Shown here: positions 58,135-64,000 of the stretch, piece by piece | Numbering within the stretch: position 1 is the stretch's first letter | Layout: every line of letters starts with the position of its first letter | NCBI GenBank assembly: GCA_002774875.1 | Contig: PCYM01000002.1 | Span: forward strand, 14,781 to 78,780 | Length of the DNA stretch: 64,000 nt | Direction of reading: 5' to 3' | Origin: Candidatus Uhrbacteria bacterium CG10_big_fil_rev_8_21_14_0_10_50_16 | GTDB lineage: Bacteria > Patescibacteriota > Patescibacteriia > UBA9934 > UBA11717 | Program-made: the position numbers and the translations under genes | The notes under the pieces: model-generated | The model's database searches: none | Seen by the model: the letters and a program-made list of their open reading frames with translations, nothing else | Told to the model about the DNA's origin: nothing

Positions 58135-61100
58135 TTAGGCTCGGTCACGATCATGATCGTTTTGATCACGCTCGTGCGGCTCAAGAATCTTAGTACCGTC
58201 TCGCAGGAGTTCCACGTCCAATCCCAATCCCTTTAACTCGCGTGTTAACACGTTGAACGACTCTGGGATGTTGACCTTTTTAACACTATCTCCCTTGATA
58301 ATAGACTCATACGCTTTTGATCGCCCCGGAACGTCATCGGACTTGATAGTGAGAATCTCTTGTAACGTATGTGCGGCTCCATAGGCCTCCAATGCCCAAA
58401 CTTCCATTTCTCCAAATCGTTGACCTCCATGCTGGGCCTTTCCTCCAAGCGGTTGCTGTGTAATAAGCGAGTACGGACCAATGGACCGCTGGTGCATCTT
58501 GTCCTCGATCATATGTCCGAGTTTAAGCATATACATATATCCAACCGTCACCTGGTGCTCAAATGCCACACCTGTTCGTCCGTCGTAGAGCGTCTGCTGT
58601 CCGTTTTCGTTAAATCCTGCGCGCTCGAGCTCGGATCGAATCTCGTGCTCTTTTACGCCGTTCATTGGCAACGTCGCCACTTGGTAACCGTGTGCATTTG
58701 CCGCAAGCGACAAGTGAACTTCCAAAATCTGACCCAAGTTCATACGAGACACAACTCCCAACGGGGTCAAAATCACATCCACCGGTGTTCCATCTGGCAA
58801 GAATGGCATGTCCTCTTGTGGAACCACGCGGGAAATAACTCCCTTGTTTCCATGACGTCCAGCCACCTTGTCTCCAACCTGAATCTTTCGCAAGTTTGCA
58901 ATCGTCACCTCAACGGATCGGATCACCCCTGGTGCCAACTTATCTCCATCTTCACGTGTGAAGATTTTAACGTCGATCACTTTTCCATGGGCACCGTGGT
59001 CTAGGTAGAGTGAGGTGTCTCGCACATCACGCGCCTTCTCTCCAAAGATCGCACGGAGCAATTTTTCTTCTGCGGATAATTCCGTTTCTCCCTTTGGCGT
59101 AATCTTTCCAACAAGAATGTCTCCAGAACTTACCTCTGCTCCGACGCGAATAATGCCTTCGCTATCCAAGTTTTTAATCTTTTCTTCACTCACATTCGGA
59201 ATGTCGGCCGTAAGCACTTCTGGTCCCAACTTGGTGTCGCGCAATTCTAACGTGTGGCGTGACAAATAGAGCGAGGAAAGCGTGTCATCTTTTACTAATC
59301 GACTCGACACAATCACGGCGTCGTCAAAGTTATATCCATCCCATGCCATAAAGGCCACAAGGAGGTTTTGACCCAATGCCAACTCCGCGTTCTTGGTTGA
59401 AGCACCATCTGCTAGCGGCGCACCTGTTGCAACCTTGTCTCCCACGTTCACAATCGGACGCTGGTTCATGCCAGACGAGTGGTTGGAACGGTCAAACTTT
59501 GCAAGGCGGTAGCGCGTGTCCCCTTCATCTCCCTTTACAACGACATGCGAGCCACTTACTTCTGTAACAACACCCGACGCTGTTGCACGAACCACGTGAC
59601 CAGAGTCTAGTGCGGCTCGCGCCTCTACGCCCGTTCCAATAATAGGGGCTTCTGGTCGCACGGTAGGCACAGCCTGACGCATCATGTTCGTTCCCATCAA
59701 GGCACGCGTTGCATCGTCGTGCTCGAGGAAAGGAATCAACGCTGTTCCAACAGAAATAATCTGCTTGGAAGAGACGTCCATGTGCTGCACACGCTCGCGT
59801 GCAATCAATCGAGGCTCTCCACCTTCTCGACCCTCTACGTAGTCTTTAATAATGTAACCATCCTCCGTCATCTTGGTGGTCGCGATGGTTGTTGCCGTCT
59901 TTTCTTCAGAAAAGGCGTTCAAATATTCAATCTCATCTGTAACACGTGCACCCTTACTGTCTTGGACAACTTTTCGATAAGGCGTTTCAATAAATCCATA
60001 CTCGTTGATACGCGCATAGCTTGCCAAGTGACCCACAAGTCCAATGTTAGGACCCTCAGGTGTGTGAATTGGGCAAATACGTCCGTAGTGCGTAGGATGC
60101 ACGTCACGAACTTCAAATCCAGCACGCTCACGCGTGAGTCCACCTGGTCCCATGGCACTCAAGCGTCGCTTATGCTCCAACTCCGCCAATGGGTTTGCCT
60201 GATCTAGGAACTGAGACAACTGCGAGCTCATAAAGAACTCACGAACCGCACCAATCACAGGGCGTGCGTTAATCAACCGAGCAGGAGTCAATGTATCAAT
60301 GTCATGTGTGGACATGCGATCTTTTACAATACGCTCCATGCGCGCAAGACCGATACGGAATCGTCCTTGCACCAACTCTCCCACAGCACGCACACGACGG
60401 TTTCCAAGATGGTCCACGTCATCTGGTGGATCTTGCGTAATGTTAAGACGAATAATCTCGCTCAATACTTCCAATAAGTCATTCAACGACAAAATACGTT
60501 TTGATTCTGGCGCGACGTCTTCCTTGGCAGTCGACTTTCCAAAACGTACGTTAAACTTGTAACGTCCCACCTTGTCAAAGTCGTAACGATCAAAGTTGAA
60601 GAACATGGAATGGATCAACTGACGGGCATTGTCCACGGTTGCCAAGTCTCCCGGTCGAATACGCTTGTATACCTCCTTTAACCCCTCATCCCCGTTTTTG
60701 GAAGCATCCTTACTAATGGTTGCTTCGATGTAGTCCGCCATTGGATGCGTGTTTACGGCCTCAAACGCTTTGAGAATCGTCGCATCATCTTCCATTCCAA
60801 AAGCACGCAAGAGGGCCGTGGCAGCCACCTTACGCTTTCTGTCGATTTTTACCCAAATCACGTTGTTTGCATCTGTCTCGAACTCGAGCCAAGCACCACG
60901 GTTTGGAATAATCTTTGCACCGTAGTAGCGACGTCCGCGAATTGCGTTGGAGGTAAAGAAGACCCCACTTGATCGCACGAGTTGTGAAACGATTACGCGC
61001 TCAATACCATTAACAATAAAGGTTCCACGACCTGTCATAACAGGAAGGTCACCCAAATAAATCTCCTGCTCCTTTTCCTCGTTTGTACGAAGGTTTTTAA

Positions 61101-61392
61101 GCACCGCACGCACACGCAAAGGAGCCTCGTACGTTACGTTTTTCTCTTTTGAGGTAACCTCGTCGAATTTTGGTTCGTCGAGATAATGATCCAAGAGAGT
61201 CAACTCCAGGTCTCGGCCAATAAAGTCCGTGACGGGGTTAATCTCTTTAAATAGTTCCGCAATACCGTCGGTCAGGAACCACTCGTAAGAATCGCGCTGG
61301 ATACTTGCCAAAAATGGCAATTCCATGGCATCTGGAGCCGCTCCGAATACACGACGATCTGCTTCCTGAATAGGAAGACGTTTAAAAATCAT
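58135..61392 (-). CDS. rpoB: DNA-directed RNA polymerase subunit beta
   Basis: Start chosen at [17 protein letters not shown] (spacing matches E. coli M-x12-R-x-FGK); conserved beta-subunit blocks throughout; the upstream part of the track ORF is assigned to the leader. Confidence 0.9.
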   Translation of the reverse strand: MIFKRLPIQEADRRVFGAAPDAMELPFLASIQRDSYEWFLTDGIAELFKEINPVTDFIGRDLELTLLDHYLDEPKFDEVTSKEKNVTYEAPLRVRAVLKNLRTNEEKEQEIYLGDLPVMTGRGTFIVNGIERVIVSQLVRSSGVFFTSNAIRGRRYYGAKIIPNRGAWLEFETDANNVIWVKIDRKRKVAATALLRAFGMEDDATILKAFEAVNTHPMADYIEATISKDASKNGDEGLKEVYKRIRPGDLATVDNARQLIHSMFFNFDRYDFDKVGRYKFNVRFGKSTAKEDVAPESKRILSLNDLLEVLSEIIRLNITQDPPDDVDHLGNRRVRAVGELVQGRFRIGLARMERIVKDRMSTHDIDTLTPARLINARPVIGAVREFFMSSQLSQFLDQANPLAELEHKRRLSAMGPGGLTRERAGFEVRDVHPTHYGRICPIHTPEGPNIGLVGHLASYARINEYGFIETPYRKVVQDSKGARVTDEIEYLNAFSEEKTATTIATTKMTEDGYIIKDYVEGREGGEPRLIARERVQHMDVSSKQIISVGTALIPFLEHDDATRALMGTNMMRQAVPTVRPEAPIIGTGVEARAALDSGHVVRATASGVVTEVSGSHVVVKGDEGDTRYRLAKFDRSNHSSGMNQRPIVNVGDKVATGAPLADGASTKNAELALGQNLLVAFMAWDGYNFDDAVIVSSRLVKDDTLSSLYLSRHTLELRDTKLGPEVLTADIPNVSEEKIKNLDSEGIIRVGAEVSSGDILVGKITPKGETELSAEEKLLRAIFGEKARDVRDTSLYLDHGAHGKVIDVKIFTREDGDKLAPGVIRSVEVTIANLRKIQVGDKVAGRHGNKGVISRVVPQEDMPFLPDGTPVDVILTPLGVVSRMNLGQILEVHLSLAANAHGYQVATLPMNGVKEHEIRSELERAGFNENGQQTLYDGRTGVAFEHQVTVGYMYMLKLGHMIEDKMHQRSIGPYSLITQQPLGGKAQHGGQRFGEMEVWALEAYGAAHTLQEILTIKSDDVPGRSKAYESIIKGDSVKKVNIPESFNVLTRELKGLGLDVELLRDGTKILEPHERDQNDHDRDRA

Positions 61393-61470
61393 ACCGGGCT
61401 TTAAGTTATGAGTTACCGGTGGCACCCTACGCTCTACGCATGTCCATCCACCAAAAGGTGGACAGAACAA

Positions 61471-61504
61471 CAAAAAACCTGTTTTCAACAAGGGAAAACA
61501 GCTG
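61471..61504 (-). promoter_or_regulatory. Leader attenuator/terminator upstream of rpoB (ctgttttc-ccttgttg-gaaaacag + GTTTTTTG)
   Basis: Perfect 8-bp stem followed by U-run on the minus strand, ~80 nt before the rpoB start; minus-strand TTGACA-N17-TAGTAT promoter at ~61676-61705. Confidence 0.45.
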
Positions 61505-61767
61505 TTACTTGCCTAATATTGGTGCAGCGACGCTGAATATCCGTTTCGCCACGAAAGCGGATAGAGCGTTTAGCATGGGGATGAAACTCACTGAATGGGG
61601 GTTAGGATTTAGTGAGTTTTGACCTGAGTCCGCTCGGATCAGCAGACCAAGACAGATCCGTCAAGAGCGTTGCAATACTATAGCGAAAAGACACATTTGT
61701 CAAACATGAGCAAGTATTCTGTCAAGAACAATCAATATTTAGCTAATACTAGGCGAATAACTATACC

Positions 61768-61797
61768 TTGACAAAATCTGCTTTTTCTGGTACATTC
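61768..61797 (+). promoter_or_regulatory. Sigma70-like promoter TTGACA-N17-TACATT heading a ~390-nt structured leader into the last high-GC gene
   Basis: Read directly; leader contains several perfect short hairpins. Confidence 0.45.
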
Positions 61798-62185
61798 GGC
61801 CGTTCATTAAAACCTGTATAACATTAGATTGAAGGAGGAAGAGGAGCGTTGGAAACCGGCTAGATTCGTTTAGCATGGCGACAGTGTTCTTGAGTCATCT
61901 ATCGGTGAAACTGGGTCTCACTCACTCTCTCCGAACAGATGCCTCGCGAATGTAGATTACCTTGGTAAACCTACATTCATCCCCTTCAATCTGCTGTGAT
62001 ACAGCAGGCGTTTCCCGCTTCACCCCAGAAACCTGTCGTTTTTGGCGATTTTCTGTGTTGAGGTGGGAGAACGAGCGTTCTTTCCATATTTAGCCTGCAA
62101 CCCCGTGGTGGGGAAGTTGGCTTTTTTGATACGTCGCCGCGTGTACGGCACGTTTTGCGGCAATGCCGTGGAAGAGGAGAGGGAG

Positions 62186-64000
62186 ATGAGCAAGACCATG
62201 CCGATCCGCCTGCGCCTGGCGGACAACGAGGAGGTCAGCGAGGAGATGCCCACCGGGCTCTCGTTCGGGGACATCCGGACCCTCGGGTTGCTGGAGGTCG
62301 CCGAGATCGGAACGCGCCTCGCGCTCCCCTCGGGGATCGAGGTAGTCCGGACAGAGTCCGGCCTGGGGTTCATCACCAAGACCGCGCCCGTGAGCACGGC
62401 CGCCCCGGCTCCCAAGGCCGAGGTGGTCCAGACCGCGCGCCCGGCGGCCAAGGAGCCGAGGGTGACCGCCCAGGTGGCGGACATCTTCGGCGGATCCGTC
62501 GCCGTCCCCTCGGGGCGGCTGGCGGTGGACGCCTCCGTCCCCGTCCCGGCACCCAAGGCCGAGGTGGTCCAGACCGCGACCGCGCCCCCGGCGGCCAAGA
62601 TCGAGATCAAGACGGGCTCCGCCCAGGTGGCGGACATCGTCGAGGACGAGGCCCGCTTGGAACGGGAGAAGAAGGCCGCCGCACACGCGGCCAACCTCGC
62701 GGCCCGGGCCGCGATCATCCCCGGACTGGTCGTCGCCCTCGTGGCGCTGGCCAAGGAGTTCCTCAAGGAGGGCGGCCACATGGCCGGCATCTTCCTGGAG
62801 GAGGCCTACGTCAAGTCCGGCCCCTTTGCCACCCGCGTGGTGGCCGAGGGGATCGAGACCATCGAGAACTCGGTCGTCATGGACGGCCGCGCCATCCTGA
62901 ACGCCCTCCGGGCGCTCAACTCCAACCACCCCCTCCGGGGGATGGTGGACGCGATGGTCCTGCACGGCCCCCATGCCGTGCACTACGATCGGATCTTGAT
63001 CAACCGGAACCCCAAGGGGAAGGTCTGGATCCTCCCCTTGTGGGCGCCAGTGGCCTCGGCCGTCACCGACCGGCTCAGGAACGAGCTGGTGGGCGTCGCC
63101 CGCTACACGAAGCTCAAGAATGAGCTTCGCCGCCGCCTCTCGGGCGGCGCCGTGGTCAAGGGCGGGCGGAAGATCGCCCGCCACCCCAACGGGGGCGTGG
63201 ACTGGGACAGGCTCCACGACAAGTTCGAGGGAAAGGAATCCCTCGAGGGCCGCAAGGTGGCTTGGGGCCACATTGCCCTCATCGGCGACTGGGCCTTCTG
63301 CCTGGACGCCACCGACTACGACAAGACGACGGTGGTCGCCGTCGCCGCGGAGCTCACGGACGAGGGCCGCAAGGAAGAACAGGCCAAGGTGCTCCAGGAC
63401 ATCAACTGGGCCAACCGGTCCGTGAACGGGGTCAAGTTGATCCCCTTCAACACCCGGCAGACCCCCGAGGGGGCCTACCGGGTGGACCGGATCCTGAAGC
63501 AGGACGGCACCTGCCCGATCAGCGGGCAGGAGATCCCCCAGCAGAAGGGGGGCGCCTTCCACTTCCTGGTCTACGCCCCCCGTGGTGGGAGTGATCCCGC
63601 CCAACTGGTGGAGGAAATGGGCTACGTCCCCCTCCGCCCCTGGGTGGGCTACGCCCTCCTGGAGGACCTCTCCATCCTCCCCACCGACTGGGAAGTGTGG
63701 CAGAGGTGGGAGATCGTGACGCGGTTCTCCGCCACGGTCTCGTTCGTGGCGGACAAGAGCATCAAGCTCGAGCCCGCCTCACCTCGCAAGAGCAAGGGGA
63801 GCGTCTCCCTGAGCTCCCGCAAGCTCAAGGAGGAGCGCTCCGACGCCGATGCCAGGAAGGCGCTCGGCGGGGGCAAGAAGAAGAAGGGCGGGGGGTCCAA
63901 GAAGACCACCCGCCGGCTCCGAGCACGGACTCCAATGTCGGTCACCGACCGCCTGATCGAGTCCTGGGAGCACAAGTCGCCCGAGGAGTTCGGGATCATG
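62186..64000 (+). CDS. Large high-GC hypothetical protein (at least 605 aa; 3' end beyond window) with tandem ~45-aa PAPKAEVVQTA...AQVADI repeats and Lys/Gly-rich segment
   Basis: Frame-2 ORF translated by hand with no stop from ATG 62186 (GGAGAGGGAG SD) to 64000; absent from the track (no stop in window); track ORFs 62155..63123(+), 62090..63604(-) are its shadows. Confidence 0.6.
   Translation, partial: MSKTMPIRLRLADNEEVSEEMPTGLSFGDIRTLGLLEVAEIGTRLALPSGIEVVRTESGLGFITKTAPVSTAAPAPKAEVVQTARPAAKEPRVTAQVADIFGGSVAVPSGRLAVDASVPVPAPKAEVVQTATAPPAAKIEIKTGSAQVADIVEDEARLEREKKAAAHAANLAARAAIIPGLVVALVALAKEFLKEGGHMAGIFLEEAYVKSGPFATRVVAEGIETIENSVVMDGRAILNALRALNSNHPLRGMVDAMVLHGPHAVHYDRILINRNPKGKVWILPLWAPVASAVTDRLRNELVGVARYTKLKNELRRRLSGGAVVKGGRKIARHPNGGVDWDRLHDKFEGKESLEGRKVAWGHIALIGDWAFCLDATDYDKTTVVAVAAELTDEGRKEEQAKVLQDINWANRSVNGVKLIPFNTRQTPEGAYRVDRILKQDGTCPISGQEIPQQKGGAFHFLVYAPRGGSDPAQLVEEMGYVPLRPWVGYALLEDLSILPTDWEVWQRWEIVTRFSATVSFVADKSIKLEPASPRKSKGSVSLSSRKLKEERSDADARKALGGGKKKKGGGSKKTTRRLRARTPMSVTDRLIESWEHKSPEEFGIM

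Noticed and set aside
54806-60972. Plus-strand ORFs inside rpoC/rpoB (e.g. 54806..55360, 58369..59004, 59719..60207)
   Set aside because: Antisense to highly conserved RNAP genes; no SD; typical shadow ORFs
61419-61622. 67-aa plus-strand ORF in the rpoB upstream region
   Set aside because: Overlaps the rpoB leader/attenuator and promoters; no SD
62090-63604. 504-aa minus-strand ORF and 322-aa plus-strand ORF (62155..63123)
   Set aside because: Gly/Asp/Arg-rich low-complexity translations typical of off-frame high-GC DNA; the in-frame hand translation of frame 2 gives a coherent protein instead

Overview
This 64 kb window has two parts: a low-GC (~45-50%) bacterial chromosome with a largely housekeeping gene set, and at least five sharply bounded high-GC (~62-68%) islands. 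The host part carries short consensus TTGACA-N17-TATAAT-like promoters, strong Shine-Dalgarno sites and clean rho-independent terminators.

Host genes present:
- RsmE C-terminus, tsaE-tsaD, a CaCA antiporter and a U32 peptidase.
- clpP, an NrnA-like DHH phosphoesterase, a short (752 aa) SMC, rpsP, trmD and a KH-domain protein.
- A solitary 16S rRNA gene with two promoters, a boxB/boxA-like leader and its own terminator; no 23S follows.
- Dispersed tRNAs: Glu(UUC), Phe(GAA), Ile(GAU), Pro(UGG), Gly(UCC).
- nth, an HTH(XRE)-MurA fusion, typA/bipA, two TrmB-family regulators, an a/b hydrolase, murF and ddl.
- ruvC-yebC, a DEDDh exonuclease, rpoB and rpoC.

The short SMC, the HTH-MurA fusion and the unlinked 16S with a variant 515 site are compatible with a reduced-genome (Patescibacteria/CPR-like) bacterium. 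That is inference only.

The five high-GC islands carry GC3-saturated genes, each placed behind a host-like AT-rich promoter:
- 4.6-6.3 kb: a secreted 552-aa protein.
- 10.15-13.2 kb: a Hanks Ser/Thr kinase with a PEGA-like ectodomain, a GGDEF cyclase, a [2Fe-2S] ferredoxin-like protein and a 69-aa cassette.
- 28.46-28.95 kb: a 126-aa protein cassette.
- 40.6-45.6 kb: an array of small orphan genes, a 1.1 kb GC-rich non-coding tract, and a repeated ~70-nt stem-loop leader module.
- 62.0 kb to the window end: a protein of at least 605 aa with internal repeats.

Other notable loci:
- A DUF4238-family gene (the family of the single-gene anti-phage system Rst_DUF4238) lies directly downstream of tRNA-Glu and converges on an amber-interrupted YraN-like nuclease gene.
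- A T-box leader precedes a GCS2 carboxylate-amine ligase / AstE-AspA-family operon.
- A YhbQ-type GIY-YIG nuclease sits between an intact tRNA-Gly and a partial tRNA-Gly copy that carries a 20-nt palindromic insertion.
- Several promoter-to-terminator non-coding units are candidate sRNAs.

No CRISPR array was seen. All family assignments come from motifs read by eye and need HMM or BLAST confirmation.
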